Both the position numbers and the translations under genes were made by a program. Below are positions 1 to 11,772 of a DNA stretch of 64,000 nt, piece by piece. The notes under the pieces are model-generated. The model had not been told where the DNA came from, searched no databases, and saw only the letters and a program-made list of their open reading frames with translations. This DNA comes from Podarcis erhardii (taxonomy: Eukaryota), in NCBI GenBank assembly GCA_964252035.1, contig OZ176207.1; one strand, given 5' to 3'. The number at the start of each line of letters is the position of its first letter. The stretch's first letter is position 1.

Positions 1-58
1 CAACCGTGGCAAGGGGGGGGGGAGAGAGAGAGAGAAGAGAGAGGAAAGTAGCCCTTAC

Positions 59-228
59 TTGAGCACGGATTGCTCCTTCTCTTCTTCCTTCTTCTGGCGA
101 TCCATGACGGCCTGGATGATCTTCCTCTCTTCCTCCGTGAGGTGGCTGAGGTCGGGCATCTCGGACTGAGGTGGAGGCGGCTGAGGAGGAGGCGCAGGGC
201 CGCCCCGGGGCCCAACAGGAGCCGACAT
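59..228 (-). CDS. RIMS2: RIMS2 (RIM2, presynaptic active-zone protein) first coding exon; gene continues left of the window
   Basis: ATG at 228 gives MSAPVGPRGGPAPPPQPPPPQSEMPDLSHLTEEERKIIQAVMDRQKKEEEKEQSVL(K), the RIM Rab3-binding N-terminal helix. Donor AA|GTAAG at 59/58. Synteny with DCAF13. Confidence 0.93.
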
Positions 229-2200
229 ATTTGGTAGACGGAGCTTCAGCAACACTATACTGGAAAACACTGGGCTAACTCAGGCGGGGGCAGCGGAGCA
301 AACAGCCGCCGCTGCCGCGGAGTGAAATACATGCAAATCAATATACTTTGGGAATCAATCGGCCACCTAATTAATGCCCTGCTGGGGAGGGAAGGGGAAG
401 GATCAGCAGCGTCCGTGGAGGGGGGAAAGGGGGCTTGCTTTGGGTGAGATGAGAGGGGAGCAACAATAAAGGGTCCCCCCCCTCCTTCTCCGCACACACA
501 ACCCCTCTCACCTGCTCAGTGGGGAGGAAAGGGGGGAAGGAGTCGGGCAGTAATGGTTTCTGGGGAGGGAGAAGGATCTTCCGAGGGAAACGGAAGGGGG
601 AGCCCGCACTAGGTGGGGGAGGAATGGGGTCGGGGTGGGGGGCACCAGAACCCGGAGGAGCCTTAAGGGGAAGAGCCGGGGGGCGGTAGTTGGTGAGGGG
701 TGTCGTTGGGCTCTGGCGGGACGGAGCGAGGGGCAGTATTTGGGGGTGGGGGGCTTCTCACTCCAACCGAAGGCGCCCCCTGCTTGCGACCGGAGAGGAG
801 GAGGTGGCCGGGCGCCCGGGCCAGGGGAGCCCTGGCGAGGCGGCGGAAGGGCCGGGGGCTCCGGGCTGAGGGGGCGAAGCGTCGGGGTGTCGCGCGCTGT
901 AATAGTAATGGTGGTGCCGATGGTGAGAGAGGAGCCCCGCCGGCACCCTGAAGCGCAGAGCGGGAGAAAACCCCTTGGGGTGAGGGCGAGTCCCGGGCGC
1001 CAGCAGCTCCCGCCGGCTCATAATTCCAACCCGCTGTCCATGGAGGGGACCGTGGGGCAAAGCAGCTCCCGCCGGCGGCTTCCTCCTCCTCTGCCGCCGC
1101 CGCCGCCGCCGCCACCAGCAGCCGCCGCTTCCGCCACCCGCGCTTCAACAAGGCCTCGCCGCCGCCGCCGCCGCCTCTCGTGGCTGCCTCGCTCGGCTGC
1201 TCTTCTCTCAGCTCCGCTGCTGGCGACGAGCCGCCTAACCCATCGCATCGCGGAATTAAGAGGAGGGAAAGGGGAGCCGGGCGGGGGGGACGACGACAAT
1301 AGCGGGAATCACGGGAAGGGACTCCTCATCTTCCTCCCCGAATCTTCCCCCTCCCGCTCTTTCTCTTTTTCTCTCCTTTCCCCCCCTCTTTCTTTCGTCT
1401 TCCTCCCCCTCTCCCAGCCCGACAGCGACGTTCCTGCCTTGTCGCCTGAAGGCGCGGGAACGGAGCGCGGGGCGGGGCGCGCTGAGGAGAAATGCGGGGA
1501 GCGTTAAAGGGAAAAGCCGCTCGCTTCCCACACAGCCTCGAGACGAAGCCTCGTGCGACACGACGCGCGTCGGCAACGTCGGTTGGGGCGGGGGGGAGTG
1601 AAGCAGGGAGAGGCAGGCTGTGAGGGGAAGACGTTGGGGAGGGGGCGGGGAGGCGGAGCGGCGCGCGAAGGTGGGGAGGGGGGCAGGAGAGAGAGAGAGA
1701 GGAGTTGCGTTTGTTTATTTATTTATAAACGCACCGGGAAAGGCGCGCGGGGGTGGGGGTGGGGGGTAAGGAGGCGAATGGCTGCGATAAAAATCACGCG
1801 AGGCAAAAGGGGAGGAGCCAAGTGGCACCGGGGACGCGCGCAATTGAGAGGACTGGGCCCAGCCGCTCCAGGGAGGCCGGGCGAACGGCCGTGAGGGAGC
1901 GAGCGGGCGGGCGGGCGGGCGGGGCGGAGAGCGTGACAGACAAGCGCCCTGCCTGCCTCAGCCGTTATTTCTGGCGAGCTATGGAGGCGCGGAGAGAAAA
2001 GGTGGCATGGAAGAGAAGGGAGGCCAGTTCCCCCCCCCTCCCCACATACACCCGAAATTCGGGTGAAGAGAGGCAAGGCTGAGCCAGGGAAAACCCTGAG
2101 GAGGAAGACGTACAACTTCGCGGAGAAAAAGAGATGTGCCAAGGTAGTTTCCTGGCTCGTCTGGACCCAACGCGGATTAGTTGCTCCCTCGGTAACTTCA
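100..2200. promoter_or_regulatory. CpG island / promoter and 5' leader region of RIMS2
   Basis: Very GC- and CpG-rich, with GC boxes and (GCC)n tracts, directly upstream of the RIMS2 ATG. Boundaries approximate. Confidence 0.8.
1093..1175. repeat. Two GCC trinucleotide tracts: (GCC)7 at 1093-1113 and about (GCC)6 at 1157-1175
   Basis: Read directly. Confidence 0.9.
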
Positions 2201-3609
2201 ACTCGCCCTGCTGTCACATTCACATGGAGGGAGATGTAAGCGAGTGGCAGTTGGCCAAGGGGCAGGCGAAGCGCTAACAGGGTGGACAGACAGCTGCAGC
2301 TGGCTATGGGTTAAAGTGGGGGCTGTAATCTGTGTTTGGGATTACATAACCAAGGAAAGGTTGCTATTTTAGATTCATTTAATAAGGGGATATAAGGGCC
2401 TGGACATAGGTATTTGGCTTTAGGGCAGCTGTGGCCAGCCCTTTGGGTATGTATGCACGGGGTCGAGGGCAAGGGATGGTCCTACTGCTACAGGGCACCC
2501 TGCAGAACATTGGCAGCTTCCCTGTCACTGGCTCTTCCATGCTGAGCTAGGCAATCGGCAAGACAATGTAGAGAGATGCAAGGTTTGCGGCTCCTCTTGT
2601 CACCTGGAAGCCACCTGTGCCTTCAGTTGGATATCTATAATGTCTCCATGGGAGGGGAAAACATCTGTAAACATTACAGATGCAGTACTTTGTAGTACTG
2701 CCACTGTGGCACAAAAAGAAGGATCTTCATAACTTATTTATAGAAGGTCTTCCCAAATCTTGCATTCATCTGTGTAGACTGCATGGTATAAATCAAGGAG
2801 CCAGCACTTTGTGACATCACTGAGGCACAAAAAATGGATCCCATATATTAAACTTTGTGGCTCTTATATTGACTTCACAACAAGCACAGATTCATAAGTT
2901 AATGACATTGCTATGGCACGAAAAGATGGTTGCAAGACACAAGTCCTTGTGCTTTTTACACAAAATTACCCCATTTCCACCATCAATCATAGTTCACATC
3001 AGTACCTATGGGCTTCGTTTTAATGATTATAAATTGCACCTTGTGGCGCAAAAACCTAGATGCTTCAGATGCATTTAATTTGTATCATGATGACACAGTA
3101 ACTCATAAAAATGAGTTTAATCATTTGTAGTGCACCGATGCTGGAACCTGATTTGTAGCACATCTTCTCATCATGTATCCTTTTTTAAATAGAATATTGA
3201 AATCCATTATATAATCACAGTTCGCCTACACTATCCAAAATAATTTTTCCAACATCATCTGGCTTTTTGCATAGGTCCTCATAGATCCTTGTAAGTTTTA
3301 CATGTATTCTTACATCAAACCATATCATACTGTATAGCCATAGCTTATCCCTTCAGCATGAAGAACACGAATTCAGTGTGTGCTCTGTGTGTAATCCACA
3401 TCACTGGATCAGAATACATTGTGTCCACATAGTTTTCCCATTTAAGTCCTATAAGTTATTAATTTTATTTTTAATAAAATAAGTATTTAAAAAAATGTAT
3501 CACAGTTATTTTTTTTACAGATAGGTAGCCGTGTTGGTCTGCCATGGTCAAAACAAAATAAAAAAATTCCTTCCAGTAGCACCTTAAAGACCAACTGAGT
3601 TAGTTATAG

Positions 3610-3647
3610 GTATGAGCTTTCGTGTGCATGCACACTTCTTCAGATAC
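3610..3647 (-). ncRNA. Minimal type I hammerhead ribozyme motif (PLE-associated)
   Basis: Reverse complement of 3661-3698. Confidence 0.7.
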
Positions 3648-3660
3648 ACTGGATACCAGT

Positions 3661-3698
3661 GTATCTGAAGAAGTGTGCATGCACACGAAAGCTCATAC
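3661..3698 (+). ncRNA. Minimal type I hammerhead ribozyme motif (PLE-associated)
   Basis: GUAU-CUGAAGA-A-GUGUGCAUGCACAC-GAAA-GC-UC-AUAC: core, stem II hairpin, palindromic AGCU stem III and 4-bp stem I. Predicted cleavage after C3694. Confidence 0.7.
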
Positions 3699-6600
3699 CT
3701 ATAACTAACTCAGTTGGTCTTTAAGGTGCTACTGGAAGGAATTTTTTTAAGTTATTTTTTTCTCAGCTTTCCCAAGCCTAGTACCTTCCTGATGTTTTGA
3801 ACTACAGCTCTCATCACTAGCCCCAGTCTGTAATCCAAAAACATCTGGAAGGCAGTAGCGTGGGGAAGGCTGAAGGCACTTCCTAAACTTATACTAATAT
3901 CAGATCACTGCATTGTAAAAATCACAATGCTAGTGAGTCTTTTCATTACTGTGTCACAAAAACTGGAATTTGGAAATGATACTTCCCAGACTGAATGATT
4001 TTTCCACAACAAATTATGCTTCAAATATCATAAAATATATAGTTCCAGCTCTTCCTAAACACACTTACCATTTGAAGCCTCTTAACTTCAAATACATTAA
4101 TATCATAACATTGTACCAGATGGTTGTAAAAAATGTTTACAGACAAGCTCAGATACGGTTCAATACAGTTATGCCCTGGAAACTGGTTATTTGAGAGACT
4201 AGCTGGTAAAATTGTTTTTTTTAATGCATTCAACACTACATAAAAATCTGTACCTCAGATTTAGGTTTTTATGATGCAGTATTAACTATTAGTATTGGCA
4301 CTCAGTGTAACACTTTCAAGGGTTAAAAGTGCTTCTGAAACAGGTTTTTTCCAATCTAGATTTTTGCCTCACAGTAGTTCCACGAATGTTACATCAATTC
4401 ATTTACTTTTTTAAAAAAAAAATGTTGCTCAACTTTGATCAGTGCCAATACGAAATGGTACAAGATGACATAAATTAATTTAAAAGCCATCAATAAAATA
4501 GATTACAAAATATCCTGCAAACAATGGTCACTAGAAACAGCTGGACAGAATCAGTTAAAACAGTAACTCATTAAAAACCTACAAAGCTAGAGTAAACATT
4601 TTGAAATGCAACCTGCTATTTCTGCTATGCCCAAAAGAAGATGTCACAAAGCACTGTGTTATTTGTATATTGTGAGTCTATGCAGATCACAAACTCTAAT
4701 TTGATAGTGGGTTGGAATTGAGGTCCTCCATGTAAAAGACATGAGGATCCATGATTAGAATCTTTGTGTTTGCACCACAATGGCAGTATAAAGTACTGGA
4801 TTCATGGTTTTATATTGCAGGCTGTGGACAAGGATGTGAGCGATTTGATGGCAGCTTTGCATGGCCTATAACAAAAATAAAATTAATTCAACAGACTCTA
4901 TTTATATTATGCTAGATCAAACTTTTTACTATCTGCTACCTGCCTAAAAGTCATGGTGGAGACATGTAGGAGAAAAAGACAAATAAGGTCCACTGTGACT
5001 GTGCTTAGATGAAGGTCCCCACCAGTGACCAGCACACGTCTACTATTTCTATTATTGCCAAAGCAGAAAGCTTTGTACCTAGTCCAGCTAGGAATAATTT
5101 GAACATGGAATACTTTCCTATGTAATATAATAATAAACAGCCGTGAAATAATTTGAAAATGTCTGTGTCCAGCTTAGAGTATATTGTCCAATATATGCAT
5201 TATTTGCATCTACTGTATTAGGGTCATTGATTAGCTAACATCCAATCCAGTTTCTCATTTCTTACCCCTTCTAATAAATCTAAACACTGTTTCAAATAAT
5301 TCAGCAGAATCTTATTATTGCTTGATTGAAATCCATGAAGTAAAGAACAATCACCCAAGGAACTATAGTAAATTAAGTTCTATAGCAGCTAGCTACTGGG
5401 TTGAAATGCTAGGGGCTTCTTTCAAAATGAGTTAGCACAACTTCAGAACTGGAGGAAACAACTAGATATATATCAGAGCAAACTGTCTTGGTGGCAAACA
5501 TGATAGTTTTCCATGACCAAGATCACATTTATTAAGATGTTTGTTTGTTTGTTTGTTTGTTTTACTTATATACTGTTTTATAGAGACTTTCAAAGTGACT
5601 TGCAACAGATTTGTACATACAATATAATCACATTCAAGGGTAGTATTAGCAATAGAAATACCTTGGTGTCCATATGGTACCAGGATTCTTCAGGCAGCAT
5701 TTCCCTGACTTCATCTTTGGTCTTCCATAGTGTTGCCAGGCAGCAAAGCCACATAGAGACTCTGATATAACAGAGTGGACCTCTGTCACTCAGTATATGG
5801 TGATTTCAAGTCTTCCTGTGTTGGCAGCATCTATGAGTAATTGGTTTGGGTTTTCCTTCTTCAGACTTCTGACAAGATTTTAAAAAAACTAGCTGGGAAT
5901 TGCCCACACACCTGAGCACACATCTATACTGACATACCAGCTACCTTTCATGTATTCTTTTGAAATTGAGAGAGAATTACAGTACTCTTTCCTCTGGCTC
6001 TTCAGCCGTTGGTCTGTGTCCAAGAAGAACAGATTCAAAACTGGTAGTTTCCCAAGTGAGCTGTGTCTGGTGTGGATTTCTTTATAAGAGAATTAAAACC
6101 TCCTTCTTGAGGGAAAATAGAACCTCTACCCTATCACAGCAATGAATGAACTGTATTCTCAACAAGTAGGATGGTCTTCCCAGAATATCATATTTTCCAA
6201 GGACTATGATACTCATTTCTTGGAAAAGACTATGTTCTCAAATTGAGTGTGGGATGAAATTGAAGCCAAGCAATTGCTGTCTGTTGAAAAAGCAGACTTG
6301 GTTTTCTTGGTGTATGGTCACTTCAGATAGACAAGGGAGAAGACGAATGAAACTGTTGCTTAACTAGCCCATTCCAACTAATAAAAAGTGATCTAGCTAT
6401 TACTAGACTGTGTGGGTCATGGTAGATGACTTTATTACCAGGTAACAATATAATTAACATCTAAGTGAGAAATTGATAGCTAGAGGCACAGGGTTCTTGA
6501 TCTCTTACTCCCAGTCTGAAGATAGCATCTTCTGGACGCTGTTTGTTGACCCAAAGCCAACCTGTATATCTATAAATAAAGAGGCTGTGACAAAACAAGT

Positions 6601-6878
6601 GTTTTGTCAGTAGGTGATACCCTGCTGCTGTGGTATTTCCTCTTAGCTAAATAACACCATGCACATATCATTATACAGAGTACACAGTGTACAGAACTGC
6701 CATCTTAAGGGACAAAATCCAGCATATCCCGCTTCAGATAGTGGCTTGGAAAAAGGGAAGGCTAACTTCTCATACCTAGTCACCAGTCAGTACACAGCCA
6801 CAGGGACACAAAAATAGTTTGCTTCCTGCCTGTGCCTACTTGGACTAGTGCACTGGTACATTGTTAATAAAATCAGTA

Positions 6879-7104
6879 CAGTGGTACCTCGGGTTAAGAA
6901 CTTAATTCATTCTGGAGGTCTGTTCTTAACCTGAAACTGTTCTTAACCTGAATCACCACTTTAGCTAATGTGGCCTCCTGCTGCCACCGCGCCGCCAGAG
7001 CACAATTTCTGTTCTCATCCTGAAGCAAAGTTCTTAACCCGAGGTACTATTTCATAAGCTGAAGCGTATGTAACCTGAAGCATATGTAACCCGAGGTACC
7101 ACTG
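6879..7104. mobile_element. 226-bp Tc1/mariner-type MITE, family A, copy 1
   Basis: TIR CAGTGGTACCTCGGGTTA...TAACCCGAGGTACCACTG, TA on both sides, four copies in the window. Confidence 0.9.
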
Positions 7105-7830
7105 TATTCTAAGATCCCCACAGCTAAATAACGGTGCCTCTCTAAAAGCCACCTGAAACAGTTTTCTGAAAACATTAAGGAGGATCTAAATTCTACAAAG
7201 GATTTTTGCTCTGGGCTTCTTCCATTTTCTATTGATCTCACTGCTTTAGAATAAGAGTCAGCTGCGCTAGTTGAATGATCTTGGCAAAGTGATACTCAGA
7301 GTTTAATTTCCATAATGAGAGCTGCTTGGATTCTATAAATTTCAATTTCTCCCTTAGGAGTTCTTAGCTGAGTTGTGGTCACTAAATGATGTTTGAACTG
7401 TATTCTGCACGTGACATGGGGCATGCTTTACGGTATTTCATTATATTGTTGGGTATACGAAACAAAGCTCTAGTGAAGCTTCAGCTTAAATGAACCCCTT
7501 CAGCTGCTCACAACCAAATCCCCAACAACTTTCATGCCTATCAGTTTGAAAGAAATGATTTGCTAACATCTGGTTGGAATCAAACAGTGCAACTATCACC
7601 AGGTTGTCCCAAGTGCTAAAGAAAACACACAAGTGTTAAGAAATCAACCAGTATGGAATTTGGTTTTCAAATTTTAATTCTTAACAATTTAAAAGAACAC
7701 TTAATATAATTTAAGTATTTTAAATAAATACATAAATTATTGGAACCAAAGCAGCAACCACCCACCATCTCCACTTTTTCAAGTCTGCTTCAACTCACTG
7801 ATGCCTGCATGAACAACACCTAGGCCCTTT

Positions 7831-10089
7831 TTTGAGGGGAAAGAAGCACCTGATACGTGGAAAGAGGCTTATATCACGCTTATACCGAAGACAGAGACTG
7901 AAAAGACCCAACTTAAGAACTACCGTCCAATCTCTTTATTAAATGTGGATTACAAAATTTTTGCCGACATTTTAGCTAAGAGATTGAAAAAAGTTTTGAT
8001 GGGGGAGATTCATAGGGATCAATCGGGCTTCCTCCCGAGAAGACATTTATCAGATAATGTAAGGAACATAATAGACATTTTGGAAATGTTAGAAGTTAAT
8101 ATAAACACAAAAGCGGTTTTGATATTTGTGGACGCGGAGAAAGCCTTTGACAATATTTCTTGGACCTTTATGAAGAAGAATCTCCATGGGATGGGGGTAG
8201 GCCAAGGTTTTGAAAACGGTATAGGCGCAGTTTATTCTGAACAAAAAGCAAAGCTAATTGTAAATAATATTATTACAGAAGAACTTAAGATAGAAAAAGG
8301 GACACGTCAGGGGTGCCCAGTTTCCCCACTACTTTTTATTTTGGTCCTGGAGGTTTTGCTGAACATGATAAGAAAGGACCAGCTGGTTAAAGGGGTTCAG
8401 GTCGGAGCGAGACAATATAAATTGAGAGTATTCGCAGATGATTTGGTACTTACATTGCAAGAGCCGGAATCCAGTACGAAAAGGGTTTTGGAATTAATTC
8501 AGGAGTTTGGTCAAGTGGCAGGATTTAAATTAAATAAATCAAAGACTAAGGTATTAGAGAAAAATCTAACAGTAAGAGAGAAGGAGAGGTTTCAGAATGA
8601 AACAGGTTTAACAGTGGTTAAGAGTGTAAAATATTTGGGGATTAATATGACAGCTAAAAATATGAACTTATTTAAAGACAATTATGAGAAATGTTGGAAC
8701 CAAGTGAAAAAAGATTTAGAAATTTGGTCAAACTTGAAGCTTTCTTTGTCTGGTCGAATAGCAGCTATTAAGATGAATGTATTGCCTAGAATGTTATTTT
8801 TGTTTCAAACATTGCAAATTGTTGATAAGATGGAGTGTTTTAAGGGATGGCAGCGAGATATTTCTAAATTTATCTGGCAGGGCAAAAAGCCCAGAATAAA
8901 ATTTAAGATTTTAACTGATGCAAAGGAAAGGGGGGGATTTGCCCTGCCAGATTTGAAACTTTACTATGAATCAGCAGCTTTTTGCTGGTTGAAGGATTGG
9001 CTGCTCCTTAAGAACACAGACATTTTAGATTTGGAAGGTTTCAACAATTTTTTTGGGTGGCATGCATACTTGTGGTATGACAAAGTTAAGGTTCATAAAG
9101 GTTTTAAAAATCATATTGTCAGGAAAGCATTGTACAATGTTTGGATCAGATATAAAGACCTACTGGAGAGTAAAACTCCAAGGTGGCTTTCACCAATGGA
9201 GGCAAAAGCTGTGAAAAAACTCAATATGGAGTGTATATGGCCGAAATATTGGGAAATTTTAGAACAGGAGGGTAGTAACTTCAAACTGCAGAGTTTTGAG
9301 AAATTAAAGGACAAAGTGAGAGATTGGCTCCACTATTATCAAATAATGGAGGTTTATAAGATGGATAAGAAAATTGGTTTCCAGGTGGAGAAATCGAAAT
9401 TGGAAACAGAATTGTTAGAATCCAATACTAAAAATTTATCAAAAATGTATAACTTGCTGTTGAAATGGAATACGCAGGATGAAACAGTTAAATCAGTTAT
9501 GATTAAGTGGGCGCAAGATATTGGTCATAACATTATGTTTGCTGACTGGGAAAGGTTGTGGACCACCGGCATGAAATTTACGGCGTGTAACGCCTTGAGA
9601 GAAAATATTATGAAAATGATATATAGGTGGTACATGACCCCAGTCAAGCTTGCAAAAATTTACCACTTGTCAGACAACAAATGTTGGAAGTGTAAAGAAA
9701 ATGAAGGCTCATTCTTTCACCTCTGGTGGACATGCCCAAGGATTAAGGCTTTCTGGGAAATGATATATAATGAAATGAAAAAGATGTTTAAATACACTTT
9801 CCTGAAGAAACCAGAGGCCTTTCTCCTGGGTATGGTCAGCCATGTGGTGTTAAAGAAGGACAGAACTTTGTTTTTATATGCCACAACAGCAGCAAGGATC
9901 CTTATTGCAAAGTATTGGAAGACATCAGATCTACCCACTCTGGAAGAATGGCAGATGAAGATGACAGACTATATGGGACTTGCAGAGATGACGGGCAGAA
10001 TCCGAGACCAGGAGAAAGAGACAGTGGAAGAAGATTGGAAGAAATTTAAGGACTATCTTAATAAATATTACAAGATTAAAGAATGTTAG
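7831..10089 (+). CDS. L1 ORF2 remnant (RT plus C-terminal Cys/His motif), open from the truncation point to the stop; no start codon or endonuclease
   Basis: Motifs YRPISLLNVDYK, DAEKAFD, GTRQGCPVSPLLF, FADD, KYLG, CWKC...HLWWTC. The frame of ORF 7945..10089 stays open back to 7831. Confidence 0.85.
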   Translation, partial: FEGKEAPDTWKEAYITLIPKTETEKTQLKNYRPISLLNVDYKIFADILAKRLKKVLMGEIHRDQSGFLPRRHLSDNVRNIIDILEMLEVNINTKAVLIFVDAEKAFDNISWTFMKKNLHGMGVGQGFENGIGAVYSEQKAKLIVNNIITEELKIEKGTRQGCPVSPLLFILVLEVLLNMIRKDQLVKGVQVGARQYKLRVFADDLVLTLQEPESSTKRVLELIQEFGQVAGFKLNKSKTKVLEKNLTVREKERFQNETGLTVVKSVKYLGINMTAKNMNLFKDNYEKCWNQVKKDLEIWSNLKLSLSGRIAAIKMNVLPRMLFLFQTLQIVDKMECFKGWQRDISKFIWQGKKPRIKFKILTDAKERGGFALPDLKLYYESAAFCWLKDWLLLKNTDILDLEGFNNFFGWHAYLWYDKVKVHKGFKNHIVRKALYNVWIRYKDLLESKTPRWLSPMEAKAVKKLNMECIWPKYWEILEQEGSNFKLQSFEKLKDKVRDWLHYYQIMEVYKMDKKIGFQVEKSKLETELLESNTKNLSKMYNLLLKWNTQDETVKSVMIKWAQDIGHNIMFADWERLWTTGMKFTACNALRENIMKMIYRWYMTPVKLAKIYHLSDNKCWKCKENEGSFFHLWWTCPRIKAFWEMIYNEMKKMFKYTFLKKPEAFLLGMVSHVVLKKDRTLFLYATTAARILIAKYWKTSDLPTLEEWQMKMTDYMGLAEMTGRIRDQEKETVEEDWKKFKDYLNKYYKIKEC

Positions 10090-10369
10090 ATTGACATGGA
10101 CTTAAAAATATTGGTTTTCAGAGACATTAGAGTAAGAAAAGGAAGGGAATTAGTAAAAAACTTTTGGGAAATAAGGGAATGAAGTTGCTGATGGGATAAT
10201 GAAACTAGAATACAAAACGGTGAGGTATGAGGAAGTCGAGGAAATAAGGTTGAGAAAATAAGTTTTGAAATTATACTTGTTTTTTGTTTGTGTTTGTTTT
10301 CATTGTAGTTGTTTTGTATTTGTATGTTCTTATTGGATAATTTAATAAATATTATTAAAAAAAAAAAAA
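7831..10369 (+). mobile_element. 5'-truncated L1-clade LINE with TSD and poly(A) tail
   Basis: TSD (A)CCTAGGCCCTTT at 7818-7830 and 10370-10382. AATAAA at 10344-10349, A-tail from 10357. Confidence 0.93.
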
Positions 10370-11534
10370 ACCTAGGCCCTTTATACCTGCCTCCCCTCCC
10401 TGCTTCTCAGACATGCTTGTTGTTTTCTTCAGATTAGTCATGACCCTAGCAGGCATAAGCCAATGTTATCCCAAAAGGAAGCCTTTTATATTTCTGGAAC
10501 TTTATTAGGAACCCCTTCAGCTGCTTAGGAAGATTCTAAGAAACCCAGGGTAGTGAGATTTACTTCAAGGGTAAGCTAACAAGGATGTCCACCCAGTCAC
10601 CACCTCAGCCTAAAAACCCTTTTTCTGGATATTTTGCTGTCAATGGTACCCAGGCCTGTTTCTCCACCATACAAAGTGTGTTTAGCCTTTGCCAGGAAGG
10701 AAGTCTGGATTCAGCAGTGAGCATATGCTTTCTCTTTACTCTCCCTTCCTTGGCACAGGTAATTATTAGTGTCTCACTCCTTCCTCTTATCTATACCTTT
10801 CTCATTTCCCTCATCGCATTGTCTCTGAACCTACACATTACTCCAAACCATAGTCATTTGCATTTGAGCTTTCCCTTCTGGTGCATGTAGGCTGCAATTT
10901 TGCCTGGTCCTCTAGTGCCCTACTCTATTCCGTATAAAGCACTCTCTCTCTCTCTCTGTGTGTAACAGCAATTATTTAAGCTTGAATGTGGATAGCCTAT
11001 ATAATCTGTAACAGCTAACCATCTTGCTATTCTACATCTTTGTATGGGTGCTTCAAGACAAAAGCCATTTCACTCAAATGTATGCCAATACACATGCCAA
11101 ATGAAAATAAACTACATTTGTTTATATTGCCATTTGCTGCTTCTTGCTAATTTCCTCACCAAAACAAGACAATACTGTGTTCCTAAAGTAACTGTGCCCA
11201 CTGCAATAACCCCCTGTGTAAAGATGCCCAAAGTAATACTTTTGTGAACATGTCTGTAAGATAATGGGGTTGTGTGTGCATATATAGAGAGATGCAGGCT
11301 AATCTGGTACCATAATATTATACAGTACGATCACATCTTATGTACATGTACCGGTAACTTCTACAATTTCAGCAATACATGATTGAATGCTAGCTGGCTG
11401 ACATCCTGTAAATTAAGCCAGCATGAGGAGTGGACCTTGCTCAGGAACCAAGACGCACAGTTTAAAAACTCTTTTTGTGCTGGATTTTTCTGGCATAGAA
11501 AGAGTTTTTAAGCTCTCAGCTTTGCTTCTGAAGC

Positions 11535-11772
11535 AAGAGGAGGAGTTTGGATTTGATATCCCGCTTTATCACTACCCGAAGGATCTAACTTTCTCCTTTC
11601 CCTTCCTCCCCCACAACAAACACTCTGTGAGGTGAGTGGGGCTGAGAGACTTCAAATAAGTGTCACTAGCCCAAGGTCACCCAGCAGCTGCAAGTGGAGG
11701 AGCGGAGACGCGAACCTGGTTCACCAGATCACGAGTCTACTGCTCTTAACCACTACAGCACACTGGGTCTCT
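11535..11772 (-). mobile_element. Squam3-like (MIR/Ther1-derived) tRNA SINE
   Basis: Minus strand has a tRNA-like A/B-box head, CORE-like GTGACCTTGGGCTAGTGAC and a CT-rich tail. Second copy at 51.4 kb. Confidence 0.8.

Larger units (their letters stand above)
3517..3749. mobile_element. Penelope-like element (Neptune-type) 3'-end fold-back insertion
   Basis: Same sequence as the PLE tails at 15.9 kb and 46.3 kb. Perfect inverted arms 3559-3652 and 3656-3749. Flanked by AGTTATTTTTTT at 3504-3515 and 3750-3761. Confidence 0.85.

Noticed and set aside
229-270. N-terminal extension of RIMS2 in the ORF track (MFSSIVLLKLRLPN)
   Set aside because: It starts at GTG, and the known RIM2 N-terminus begins at the ATG at 228.
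635-2223. Many long overlapping ORFs (up to 290 aa) on both strands
   Set aside because: Low-complexity G/P/R/A translations expected from a CpG island that lacks stop codons. No domain recognised.
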